From an uncultured Bacilli bacterium (lineage in GTDB: Bacteria > Bacillota_I > Bacilli_A > RF39 > UBA660): DNA of 64,000 bases. The stretch covers positions 28,029 to 92,028 of the forward strand of contig CARSXK010000001.1 of assembly GCA_949065595.1 (NCBI GenBank), read 5' to 3'. A program made the translations under genes and the position numbers. Below, piece by piece: positions 20,920-30,250 of this stretch. Each line of letters opens with the position of its first letter. Positions within the stretch are counted from its first letter, which is position 1. The notes below the pieces were generated by a model. That model made no database searches. It was not told the origin of the DNA and was given only the letters and a program-made list of their open reading frames with translations.

Positions 20920-21066
20920 TTAATAGATATTTTTCTTTCCATAATTTAGTATATCTATATAAATATCTCTATCATTAATATTCATATCTTTAAAATAATT
21001 TATTTGTCTTTCTTCATTTTGTTGAGATGATGACACTCTCCCATAAGCAAATATTTTTGTCCTCAT
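20920..21066 (-). pseudogene. serine recombinase/resolvase N-terminal fragment
   Basis: MRTKIFAYGRVSSSQQNEERQINYFKDMNINDRDIYID.. carries the catalytic-serine motif (YGRVSS..Q) and then stops after 48 codons. Confidence 0.65.
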
Positions 21067-21497
21067 TTCTACTATCACCTTTACTATATATTATCTTCCT
21101 ATAAATCTATCGGCTTCTTTTTGCATTTCATCAATAAATTCACTATTGAAAATATCGCCTAAAGCATAGACGATATTTTTTCTCTTAATTTTTCCATAAA
21201 ATCAATAATACACATTGTTATAGGCAATTCACTTTGTTGTTCTTCAAACGCAGTTATTAATCATCAAAATAACCTTCACATGAATATTTCACTATGTATT
21301 TTTCTATTCATTATCCCTCCTTCAATTTTCCTACATAGCCTACTTTAGAGAAATAAAAGATGTTCCCTTTAGAAAACTCCATACTCTTTTCAAAATATTT
21401 AAAAATTCCATAAACCACTTTTTCAAACCAAAAAAAGACCCTAAATCATATTAATTTAAAATCTTTGTAAAATTACACTTTTTCAAATAAATTATAG

Positions 21498-22064
21498 CTA
21501 TTTTTCCTTTGAAGCTGAATTTTGTTCATATTCAGTAGGTGATATACTTAATGAAACAACATAATCCTTTAGTTGTTCTAATTGTTCTCTTTGTTCTCCT
21601 ATAGACAATTCAGTTTTAGGTTCAGTAATTTTGAATTGCATTTTAATTTCCTGTCCTAACACCATTTCATTGCTATTTATTTCTTCATCATTATCTGTAT
21701 TTTTTTGCTTTCTTTTGTTATGCTTTTCTAATATTTCGTTAATTCTAATATGAGTATATCTTTGAGTCATTATACAATATGCATTAAGTCCTATACTAAA
21801 TATCCACCAAACAATTCCCTGTGATGTTAAAATGCCAGTTACAATTAGAATGCCTAAATCTACAATGTGACTTATTGCAAATAACTTTAATTGATATTTA
21901 TAATCTTTAAGTCCATCTATAGTTTTATCATTAATTCTATAACCTATACATTTTTCTAAGTGCATTAACTTCCATATTTTTTCCCAAACAAATAAAACAT
22001 ACTTTCTAAAAATATTTACACCTAAAAGTTCATATATTCTTTTTTCTGTCATTTTCCTTTTCAT
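21498..22064 (-). CDS. small membrane protein, possibly glycosyl-4,4'-diaponeurosporenoate acyltransferase (CrtO)-like family
   Basis: Intact ORF inside the IS remnant. ATG at 22064 follows AAGGGA. TM helices and the NAYCIMTQRYTHIRI block resemble the N..CII.QRYNR.R signature of that family, recalled from memory. The C-terminal tail is acidic. Confidence 0.45.
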   Translation of the reverse strand: MKRKMTEKRIYELLGVNIFRKYVLFVWEKIWKLMHLEKCIGYRINDKTIDGLKDYKYQLKLFAISHIVDLGILIVTGILTSQGIVWWIFSIGLNAYCIMTQRYTHIRINEILEKHNKRKQKNTDNDEEINSNEMVLGQEIKMQFKITEPKTELSIGEQREQLEQLKDYVVSLSISPTEYEQNSASKEK

Positions 22065-22153
22065 AAGATCCCTTTTTTTTACATTAATAAAAACAATCCG
22101 AAGGGGATTGAATACATCTTTTTTCTTTATAACCAACCCCCATTGGTAAATAA

Positions 22154-22182
22154 ATTATAGTAAAAATATGTGATTTTGTCAA
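22154..22182 (-). promoter_or_regulatory. perfect sigma-A consensus promoter driving the nested ORF
   Basis: The minus strand reads TTGACA (22182-22177), a 17-nt spacer, then TATAAT (22159-22154). Confidence 0.7.
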
Positions 22183-22324
22183 ATTAGACGTGCCAAATTC
22201 ACAAAATCCATAACTACCTATTAGGAAATGAAATATATGTCGAACTGCGACCACTAACTAAATCTATAACCTAAATTATTATATATTTATTAATCACATA
22301 CTAATATCAAACGAGCATTGCCTA

Positions 22325-22852
22325 TTTAGCATAGCATCTTCATACACTTTTTCACTATTTCTACTTCTACATCTTTGTGTTTATTTTTATTCGCATTGGC
22401 TTTTTGGTGTGGTCCATCTCCAAATACTGTTTCCATATCTACAAATCCATATTCTATTGCTTGATTTAATATCGTATCAAATATTTGATTAAATACATTA
22501 CTATCTTTATATCTTCTTATATTATTTTGACTCCATGTGGAATAGTTGGGTATTTCATCATATATGGATAATCCTAAAAACTATCTATACGCAACATTTG
22601 CCTTACACTCTTCACATGTTTTTCTCATTGAGTTTATTCCAAATATTATATGGATAATTATCAATTTAAATAGTACTCTGGGGGAACGCTTGGGATTCCT
22701 GATTCACTGTATAAACCACTCACTAATTCTTCTATAAATTTGAAATCGATACAGTTATCTAATTTTCTTACCAAGTAATCTGTGGGTACTAATTATTCTT
22801 ATGTACTTAATATTATACAATCTTTTTTATATTCCTGTTTTGTCATTGCCAT
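22325..22852 (-). pseudogene. IS1182-type transposase, N-terminal fragment (frameshifted)
   Basis: ATG at 22852 after AGGAGTGA. Fragments read MAMTKQEYKK.., LVPTDYLVRKLDNCIDFKFIEELVSGLYSESGIPSVPPE.., ANVAYR.., YSTWSQNNIRRYKDSNVFNQIFDTILNQAIEYGFVDMETVFGDGPHQKANANKNK. At least three frame breaks or stops. Confidence 0.8.
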
Positions 22853-23013
22853 ATTACTTCACTCCTATTCTCAACATCTTTATTTTACCATTTTTGCATA
22901 TAAAAAGCGAGTTATGACAATTTATTTGTTGAAAATAGATTATCACTCGCATATTTATTGTATCAAATTTATTTGCCTATGAAATGACCATTGAACACAT
23001 TTGTCAACAGCCT

Positions 23014-23034
23014 GAAAAACGAATAATTTCGTTT
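23014..23034. repeat. right copy of the 21-bp direct repeat; also the terminator of mnmE
   Basis: GAAAAACGAATAATTTCGTTT followed by TTT. Identical to 20639-20659. Confidence 0.85.
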
Positions 23035-23039
23035 TTTAT

Positions 23040-24398
23040 TTATTTCCCAAGGCAAAATTGACTGAATAGTTGATCAACTAATTCATCCTGATAGGTTTCG
23101 CCTATAATTTCACCAAGTAAATTCCATACCTCTTTTAAATCAATTTCTAACATATCAATTGGTTGGTTTTGTTCAATTCCCTTTTTAATTTCTTGAATAC
23201 TTTCCAAAGCATTTTTTAGAATGGCGATACTTCTTGCATTGGTAAAATAAGTAAAATCTTGACTTTCTAATTCATTTAGGTGAAATATTTCCTTGATTTT
23301 TTCTTTTAACATTTCTACCCCTTTATTTTGAAGAGTACTCATATATACTATCGGATGATCTTTTTCTATTTCATTTAATTGAATGACAGATGGCAAATCA
23401 ATTTTATTTATAATTAAAATATGATTTTTAGATTTCAATTGATTGATAATTTCAATATCTTCTTGATTCAAAGATTGGTTTTGGTTGATTACATACAATA
23501 CAAGTTCAGAATCTTCTATTAATTTTCTACTTTTTTCTACACCAATTTTTTCAACAATGTCTTCTGTTTCTCTAATACCTGCGGTATCGATTACATGAAG
23601 TAAAATTCCATCTATAGCAATCGTTCCTTCAACTGTATCTCTTGTAGTTCCTTCAATTTCTGTGACAATTGCTTTTTCTTCTTCTAATAATGTATTCAAT
23701 AGACTACTTTTTCCTACATTGGGTCTTCCAATAATAGATGTTTGAATTCCTTCTTTTAAGCGTTTTCCATTTTCGCTTTCTTTTAATATTGTTTGAATTT
23801 CCCGCTCCACTTCTTGGATATTCGGTTTCATCATTTCAATGGTCATTTCTTCGATATCTTCATATTCTGGATAATCAATATTCACTTCTATATGTGCTAA
23901 AACTTCTATGATTTTTTGTCTTAAATTATGAATAAGAGTAGATACTTTTCCTGTCAATTGATTCATCGCCATTTTTCGCATATTCTCTGTTTTGGAAGAT
24001 ATTACATCCATCACACTTTCTGCTTCTAATAAATCAATTCTACCATTCAAAAAGGCTCTTTTTGTAAATTCACCTGGTTCGGCTAATCGAACACCATTTT
24101 TTAAAATAACTTCTAACACCTTTTTTGTAGTTGCCAATCCACCATGACAATTGATTTCGACTACATCTTCCATTGTGAAAGTTTTTGGTTTTTTCATAAC
24201 ACTTACTAATACTTCATCGATGGGCTGATTATTTTCAATAATATGACCATAATGAATGGTATGTGTTTTTACTTTTTCTAAATCAGTTCCTTTAAATATT
24301 GCATTTATTTTTGATACAGCTTCTTCACCACTGACTCTTATAATAGATATTGCTCCTACTCCAGAAGCAGTTGCGATGGCTGCAATTGTATCTTCCAT
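23040..24398 (-). CDS. mnmE: tRNA modification GTPase MnmE
   Basis: MEDTIAAIATASGVGAISIIRVSG N-terminus, G1 motif GRPNVGKSSLLN, C-terminal CLGK. ATG at 24398. The track start at 24500 would overlap the upstream gene. Confidence 0.95.
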   Translation of the reverse strand: MEDTIAAIATASGVGAISIIRVSGEEAVSKINAIFKGTDLEKVKTHTIHYGHIIENNQPIDEVLVSVMKKPKTFTMEDVVEINCHGGLATTKKVLEVILKNGVRLAEPGEFTKRAFLNGRIDLLEAESVMDVISSKTENMRKMAMNQLTGKVSTLIHNLRQKIIEVLAHIEVNIDYPEYEDIEEMTIEMMKPNIQEVEREIQTILKESENGKRLKEGIQTSIIGRPNVGKSSLLNTLLEEEKAIVTEIEGTTRDTVEGTIAIDGILLHVIDTAGIRETEDIVEKIGVEKSRKLIEDSELVLYVINQNQSLNQEDIEIINQLKSKNHILIINKIDLPSVIQLNEIEKDHPIVYMSTLQNKGVEMLKEKIKEIFHLNELESQDFTYFTNARSIAILKNALESIQEIKKGIEQNQPIDMLEIDLKEVWNLLGEIIGETYQDELVDQLFSQFCLGK

Positions 24399-24399
24399 A

Positions 24400-24903
24400 C
24401 TACTCTCCTTTTGCCTTTTTATGAAAACCAAATAACAATGGTATTTTTGTTGGTTGTAAAAATACTTCAAATGAAACATATTTATCCGCAAATGATACAA
24501 TCCAACTTTCTATATATTTTGGTGGAATTTTATTTAATGGAAACATATGTCTTATAATAATATTGTTTATTTTTTCATTCATTAATTCTGGGAAATATTT
24601 ATTTGCATTGATCATTGCTTGTTTGGCATGAACAAATCCATGTTTTTGAAAAAATGGCTTTTTTTCAGTATCTTCTTGCCATGGCTTGTCATAAAAATCA
24701 TGAAGTAATCCACCAATCGCAGCACTTTTATAGTCCTTATGTAATCTACGTGCGATTATGTAAGCAAGTTTTGATACTTTTAACGAATGTTCATAAACTG
24801 TGATATCCCCATGGTGTTTATATGTTTTCCTTTTTTGAAATTCGTCATGACTTAATATTTGTCGAACAATTTGATAGTATTCTTCTTTATAATTACATGA
24901 CAT
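24400..24903 (-). CDS. HD-domain phosphohydrolase
   Basis: H..(28)..HD pattern (VYEHSLKVS ... GGLLHDFY). ATG at 24903 after GAGGAA. The stop lies 1 nt from the mnmE start. Confidence 0.75.
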   Translation of the reverse strand: MSCNYKEEYYQIVRQILSHDEFQKRKTYKHHGDITVYEHSLKVSKLAYIIARRLHKDYKSAAIGGLLHDFYDKPWQEDTEKKPFFQKHGFVHAKQAMINANKYFPELMNEKINNIIIRHMFPLNKIPPKYIESWIVSFADKYVSFEVFLQPTKIPLLFGFHKKAKGE

Positions 24904-24997
24904 ATAGTGATTCCTCATTTCCTATATAAGTTTACAAAATAATCTTTTACTAGTCAAATGATTATTTCTAATTTATAATATGCAAAAAAGAGTTTTT

Positions 24998-25612
24998 TTA
25001 CTCTTCTACATATTTTATAATGATATGCCTTTCTTTTCCTTCGCCAATACTTTCTGTTTCCAAATGCTCATATTCACCAATTATGGAATGTATGAGCCTT
25101 CTTTCATAGGAATTCATTGGATCTAATGAAACATCTATTTTACTATCCAATACTTCTTTGGCTAGTTCTTTTATCTGTTTTTCGATTCCTTTGAGTTTTT
25201 TTAATTTATAATTAGAAGCATCAATATTTAACTTTAAATTCAATTGTGTTTCCTTTTTTATTGCTTGTTTGATCAGTAACTGTAGAGAATTCAAAGTTCT
25301 TCCTTCTTTTCCAATGAGAATCGCATTTTGATCTGATACCAAGGTCACTTGATATGTATCTCCTTGTAATAAAATTTCACATTGAATCTCTATATTTATT
25401 AATTTTGCAAACTCCTGAATGTAGTTTTTAATAAAATCCATTATATCTTGTTTTTTTAAAGCATACACTACATATTTTGCGCCTTTAAACAATTTACCTT
25501 CAATGTATTCTGACCTTAAAAATAAATCTTCTTGTTTACAATTACATTCATTTAGACATTTTTCTAGAGCTTCTTCTTTGGTTTTTGCCTCATACTTTGT
25601 TATATTAAGCAT
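24998..25612 (-). CDS. jag: RNA-binding protein KhpB/Jag (KH + R3H)
   Basis: 204 aa with KH-like IGKEGRTLNSLQ and R3H ERRLIHSII. yidC-jag synteny. Confidence 0.9.
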   Translation of the reverse strand: MLNITKYEAKTKEEALEKCLNECNCKQEDLFLRSEYIEGKLFKGAKYVVYALKKQDIMDFIKNYIQEFAKLINIEIQCEILLQGDTYQVTLVSDQNAILIGKEGRTLNSLQLLIKQAIKKETQLNLKLNIDASNYKLKKLKGIEKQIKELAKEVLDSKIDVSLDPMNSYERRLIHSIIGEYEHLETESIGEGKERHIIIKYVEE

Positions 25613-26555
25613 TGTTTTTCCCTCGCTTTACCAATAAATTTTGAACGATTGTAAACATATTTGAAGTTACCCAGTAAATGGCAATTCCAGAAGATATGGA
25701 AAAGGCTGTAATGGTCATGATAACAACCATGACATTCGTCATTGTCTTCATTTGCTTTTCTTGGTCTTTTCCCATAGTAGCACCACTATTTAATTTGAAA
25801 GAATAATAAGTTGCGAGAGCAATTACGACAATAAATATCAAATAATAATATTTTCCATGTTGAAATGCGGCAATCGCTGGACTGGTTCCCAATTGAAATC
25901 CTAAAAAAGTCTCTTCAAAAATTGCTGGAATTCGACTAATTGCTTCATAGAAAGCAAAGAAAAGAGGAATTTGTATAAATGAGAACAGACAACCAGATAA
26001 AGGATTAATGTTATACTTTTTGTATATCATCATCATCTCTTGAGATTTTTGCATCATTGCTTCTTGATCTTGTCTATTTTTATATTTTGTTTCAATTTTA
26101 TTTAGTTCTGGTTGGGCCTTTTTTAAATTTTCAGATTGTAAAGCTGTTTTTTTCGTAAATGGCCATACTACACCTCTTATAATGATAGTTGCTAAAATCA
26201 AAGCAAGTCCATAACTATTGACCAAACGACCAATTTGGATAATGAACCATGCGAGTGGTTTTACAAAGATAGAAGTCCATATTCCTTCATATTTTCCTTC
26301 TGTTATTTTTAAATTTTGACATTTTGGTAAATTTTCCAATTTCACTTGATTGTCTTTATCCACTTTTTCATTATATTCTTCATATAATTTTAAAGTTTCT
26401 CCTTCTGGTTGACAAAGAATGTTTTTGGTTAAATTTTGACCAGTAGATTCATTTCGTACTGTTTTTCCATCTTGTTTTAAATATTTAGTACATCCAGTAA
26501 AGCTAAATACCAAAATCAAAATAATAAGTCCTTTTAAAATTTTATTTTTTTTCAT
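25605..26555 (-). CDS. yidC: membrane protein insertase YidC/SpoIIIJ (lipoprotein type)
   Basis: Lipobox FSFTGC, 5-TM YidC core (PLSGCLFSFIQIPLFFAFY), basic C-terminus. Confidence 0.93.
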   Translation of the reverse strand: MKKNKILKGLIILILVFSFTGCTKYLKQDGKTVRNESTGQNLTKNILCQPEGETLKLYEEYNEKVDKDNQVKLENLPKCQNLKITEGKYEGIWTSIFVKPLAWFIIQIGRLVNSYGLALILATIIIRGVVWPFTKKTALQSENLKKAQPELNKIETKYKNRQDQEAMMQKSQEMMMIYKKYNINPLSGCLFSFIQIPLFFAFYEAISRIPAIFEETFLGFQLGTSPAIAAFQHGKYYYLIFIVVIALATYYSFKLNSGATMGKDQEKQMKTMTNVMVVIMTITAFSISSGIAIYWVTSNMFTIVQNLLVKRGKNNA

Positions 26556-26892
26556 TTGGATTCTCCCTTATGATATTTAATTTAGAAAAAGCATATAGTA
26601 AATCACTTTCCATTTCCCTATATGTTTTTTCTAAAATACTCTTCCTTACCATTATAATACAATAAAAGTGATTTTGATAGCTTTTTTTATCAATTATACT
26701 TTTTAACTGTCGTTTGACTCTGTTTCTCGTGACAGCATTTCCCACTTTTTTTCCAACTGAAAAACCAAATTGATACATTGAAGAATGATTTCTTTCTATA
26801 TATATTAAGTAATCTTTATATTTGTATGGTTTAATTGTTTGAATCATTCGATTATAAATTTCATTTTCTTTGATAATATTTATTTTTTTCAT
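26542..26892 (-). CDS. rnpA: ribonuclease P protein component
   Basis: 116 aa with the GNAVTRNRVKRQLK (RNR) motif, downstream of rpmH. Confidence 0.93.
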   Translation of the reverse strand: MKKINIIKENEIYNRMIQTIKPYKYKDYLIYIERNHSSMYQFGFSVGKKVGNAVTRNRVKRQLKSIIDKKSYQNHFYCIIMVRKSILEKTYREMESDLLYAFSKLNIIRENPNEKK

Positions 26893-26944
26893 TTGGGCAA
26901 ACTCCTTATATAAAAAACCACTGTTATTTCGCAGTGGTTGATTA

Positions 26945-27067
26945 TTAATGTGATAAAACTTTACGTCCTTTTCTTCTTCTATTATTGATAATATTTGTTT
27001 TCATGCGTGCTAAAAAACCTTGTTTTTTACTTCTTTTACGATTGTTTGGTTGATAAGTTCTTTTCAT
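26945..27067 (-). CDS. rpmH: 50S ribosomal protein L34 (short 40-aa form)
   Basis: Hand translation gives [40 protein letters not shown]. Below the ORF-track length cut-off. Confidence 0.9.
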   Translation of the reverse strand: MKRTYQPNNRKRSKKQGFLARMKTNIINNRRRKGRKVLSH

Positions 27068-27168
27068 CTATATACACCTCCTGTGCTAAAATTTTGCATT
27101 GCTTTTAACATTATATATACATTTGATTGATTTGTCAAATATTTTCTTACCATTTTTTCTGATAAGCG

Positions 27169-27398
27169 TTTTCCACATTCTCCATTTCTACCTTATTCCA
27201 GATTGCACACAATAATTCACATAATTTCATCTGGAATCCTTTTGTATTTTTGATTTATCCACAGATTTGTGCATTATTTAGAAACACACTTCTTAATTGT
27301 TTATAAATTTATCCACAATTTCGTGGATAAATATTAATTTTTTAGATATTATATGATTTTTATATGTGGATAATGATGTGATTTATGTTTTTTCCACA
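27169..27398. other. oriC, upstream DnaA-box cluster (rpmH | dnaA intergenic)
   Basis: TTATCCACA at 27255-27263 and 27309-27317 (+) and at 27365-27373 (-). TTATCCACG at 27322-27330 (-). TTTTCCACA at 27169-27177 and 27390-27398 (+). Confidence 0.9.
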
Positions 27399-27477
27399 AT
27401 TTTTGTCAATTTTTCTTTTATTTTCTATTAATATAAGGTACAATATAGATGTGAAATCAGGGATGGAGGTGTAGGAT

Positions 27478-28830
27478 TTGGATACCAAAAAACTTTGGAA
27501 AGCGTTTTTGGACAAAATGAAAGAAGAACTTTCTCCCATCGCATATGAAACTTGGTTTTCTGAAACAGAATTACATGAATTACAAGATAATACCGCCAAG
27601 GTTATTGTTCCTATGCATATTCATAAAAAAAATTTAAAAGAAAATTACAATGAAATGATTCAAGATATTTTTTCTGAAATCTCTGGTTCTAATTTTAAAT
27701 TTGAGTATTTTACAAAAGAAGAGGTTGTTTTTAATGTCGAAATTAACACCGATGAAATTGGGGTTCCAGCAAATACCAATTTTGAAACCAATCTAAATTC
27801 TCTATATACATTCGATAATTTTATTGTAGGGGAGAGTAACAAATTTGCACAGGCAACAGCATTGGCAGTTGCAGAAAATCCAGGTTATATGTATAATCCT
27901 TTATTTATCTATGGAAATAGTGGACTTGGAAAAACACATTTAATGCATGCGATTGGAAATTATATTATTAAAAATAGTAAAAAAACAGTATTATATGTAA
28001 CCAGTGAAAAATTTGTATCTGATTTTATTGGAATTAATAAAAAAAATAAAGAAGGCAACAATTTTGATAATGTGGAAATTTTTAAACGAAAATATCGAAA
28101 TATTGATGTTTTAATTATCGATGATATCCAATACTTGGGAAATGCCAATCAAACACAGCAGGAATTCTTTAATACATTTAATGACTTATATGGAAACAAT
28201 AAACAAATTATTATTTCTTCTGATCGATCTCCTGATGATTTAAAGTTGTTAGAGGATAGATTAAGAACAAGATTTAACTGGGGACTTACCATTAATATTC
28301 TTCAACCAGACTTTAATTTACGGATGAATATTATTGACAATAAGATTGAAGGGCATATGCTTGCAAGTCCTTTTCCACAAGAAGTAAAAGAATATATCGC
28401 AAGTAATTGTACCAGTGACATTCGGAAATTAGAAGGGGCGATTACTAGGGTCGTTGCCTATGCTACAATGATGAATGGAAGTGATATTTCTTTAGATTTA
28501 GCGATTGAAGCATTAAAAGATTATTTTGTAAAGAGTATCATTTCTAAAAATAAAATTGATCAAGTTCAACAATTAGTAGCCAATCATTACAATATTACAG
28601 TAGAAGAAATCAAAAGCAAAAGAAGATCAGCGGCAATTGCGGTTCCAAGGCAAGTAGCTATGTATATATGTAGAACCTTTTTGGAAGAATCCCTTCCTAA
28701 AATTGGAATTGAATTTGGTGGAAAAGATCATACAACTGTGATGCACTCTGTAGATAAAATTAAAAATCAATTAAAAAGTAATTCAGAATTAGAACTTGCC
28801 ATTCAAAAAATTATTGAACAAATTAAATAA
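27478..28830 (+). CDS. dnaA: chromosomal replication initiator DnaA
   Basis: TTG start after GGAGGTG. Walker A GNSGLGKTHL, IDDIQYL, C-terminal DNA-binding GGKDHTTVMHS. Confidence 0.97.
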   Translation: MDTKKLWKAFLDKMKEELSPIAYETWFSETELHELQDNTAKVIVPMHIHKKNLKENYNEMIQDIFSEISGSNFKFEYFTKEEVVFNVEINTDEIGVPANTNFETNLNSLYTFDNFIVGESNKFAQATALAVAENPGYMYNPLFIYGNSGLGKTHLMHAIGNYIIKNSKKTVLYVTSEKFVSDFIGINKKNKEGNNFDNVEIFKRKYRNIDVLIIDDIQYLGNANQTQQEFFNTFNDLYGNNKQIIISSDRSPDDLKLLEDRLRTRFNWGLTINILQPDFNLRMNIIDNKIEGHMLASPFPQEVKEYIASNCTSDIRKLEGAITRVVAYATMMNGSDISLDLAIEALKDYFVKSIISKNKIDQVQQLVANHYNITVEEIKSKRRSAAIAVPRQVAMYICRTFLEESLPKIGIEFGGKDHTTVMHSVDKIKNQLKSNSELELAIQKIIEQIK

Positions 28831-28831
28831 A

Positions 28832-28977
28832 TGTGGAAAAAGGAGAATTATTCACTAATTTTCCAGAAAAAGAAAATTATGTTTTTCTTTACTTTCTATG
28901 AAAATATTATGTTTTCCACATTTTCCACTTTCATAATAAAAATAATCATTTAAAATAAATAATAGGAGGAGTGAATT
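28832..28977. other. oriC, downstream DnaA-box cluster plus AT-rich probable unwinding region (dnaA | dnaN intergenic)
   Basis: TTTTCCACA at 28832-28840 (-) and 28912-28920 (+), tandem TTTTCCACT at 28921-28929, followed by TTTCATAATAAAAATAATCATTTAAAATAAATAAT. Confidence 0.75.
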
Positions 28978-30099
28978 ATGAAATTAGAAATCAAACAAGA
29001 AATCCTTATGGAACACTTAAATTATGTAATTAAAGGAATATCTAGTAAAAATATTATTCCTGTTTTAAATTGTATTAAATTTGAACTCGAGCATGAAGGG
29101 TTACATTTAATGAGTACAGATAATGAGATCGCCATTAAAACATTTATTCCAAGTAATGAAATTGAAAAAATTGATAAAGTAGGGGAGATTGTGGTATCAG
29201 GACGCTTTATCTATGATATTATCAAAAAGTTACCAAATACGATAGTATCAATAGAAGAAGTCATTGATAATAAAATTTTAATTACAACCCCCAATTCTTC
29301 TTTTCATTTAAATTGCAACCGAGCAGATGAATTTCCAACTTTAGATTTAAATGAAAGTCAAACACCTATCTTGATTAGTAAAAAAATATTTAAAAATATG
29401 ATACGTCAAACTGCTTTTGCAACTTCAAATCAAGAATCCCGTCCTATTTTAACAGGAATCAATATAAAAATTACCAATAATATATTAGAATGTACTGCGA
29501 CTGATTCTTACCGACTTGCGACTAAAAAAGTGGAATTAGAATCTTCATTAGAAGAAGAAATTAATATTACAATCCCTAATCGAAGTTTGAATGAATTAAT
29601 GAAGCTAATCAATGAAGAAGATGGGGATATGGAATTACATATCTTTAATAATAAAGTGATATTTCAAGTAGAAAGTATTGTAATGATGTCTCGTTTATTA
29701 AATGGAACGTACCCAGATACTTCTAAACTGATTCCAGAAACGTATGAATTAACAATTCAAGTAAAATTAAATGACTTTTATGATGCGATCGATCGTGCTT
29801 CTTTGTTAACAAATGAATCCGATAAAAATACCATTAAATTAGAAAGCAATGGAAATATGATAACCGTTTCATCCAACATTCCTGAAATAGGAAACGTAGA
29901 AGAAAAAATAGAAATCGAAAAAACAAATGAAATGGACATTAAAATTGCCTTTAGCTCAAAATACATGATGGACGCATTAAAGTCATTAGAAAGCGATGAA
30001 ATTGTTCTATTATTGAATGGAGAAATCAAACCAATCATCATGAAAAATCCAGAAAGTGATGATTTAACGCAACTGATTTTGCCAATTCGAACTTACTAA
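28978..30099 (+). CDS. dnaN: DNA polymerase III beta sliding clamp
   Basis: 373 aa with three-domain clamp length. dnaA-dnaN synteny. AGGAGGAG RBS. Confidence 0.96.
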   Translation: MKLEIKQEILMEHLNYVIKGISSKNIIPVLNCIKFELEHEGLHLMSTDNEIAIKTFIPSNEIEKIDKVGEIVVSGRFIYDIIKKLPNTIVSIEEVIDNKILITTPNSSFHLNCNRADEFPTLDLNESQTPILISKKIFKNMIRQTAFATSNQESRPILTGINIKITNNILECTATDSYRLATKKVELESSLEEEINITIPNRSLNELMKLINEEDGDMELHIFNNKVIFQVESIVMMSRLLNGTYPDTSKLIPETYELTIQVKLNDFYDAIDRASLLTNESDKNTIKLESNGNMITVSSNIPEIGNVEEKIEIEKTNEMDIKIAFSSKYMMDALKSLESDEIVLLLNGEIKPIIMKNPESDDLTQLILPIRTY

Positions 30100-30250
30100 A
30101 TAGGCTTAAATAGTCTATTTTTTTGCATAAAAATGCAATTTTCATAATTTTCTGACATAATTCAACAAAATATGACAAGAATGATGTATATAGTACCCGG
30201 CATAGATGTTTATCCGGAGAATGTCTATAAAGTTGAAAGGAGGAATATAA

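Larger units (their letters stand above)
20660..23013 (-). mobile_element. degenerate IS1182/IS5-type insertion sequence with nested foreign DNA
   Basis: Terminal inverted repeats CAGACTGTTGACAAAGTG (20660-) and, reverse-complemented, AGGCTGTTGACAAATGTG (-23013). Carries transposase N-terminal and C-terminal fragments in the same orientation. Flanked by a 21-bp direct repeat. Confidence 0.8.

Noticed and set aside
21066-21480. Short ORFs with good RBS inside the IS cassette (for example GGAGGG-ATG MNRKIHSEIFM-stop at about 21320, and the MEFLNILKRVWSFLKGTSFISLK peptide at about 21410).
   Set aside because: They are interrupted after 11-23 codons, and the surrounding frames look like decayed gene fragments. 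No support for function can be drawn from sequence alone.
27360-27599. 79-aa minus-strand ORF spanning the dnaA start and the DnaA-box region.
   Set aside because: It overlaps oriC boxes and the dnaA 5' end, has no RBS, and gives a nonsense-like translation.
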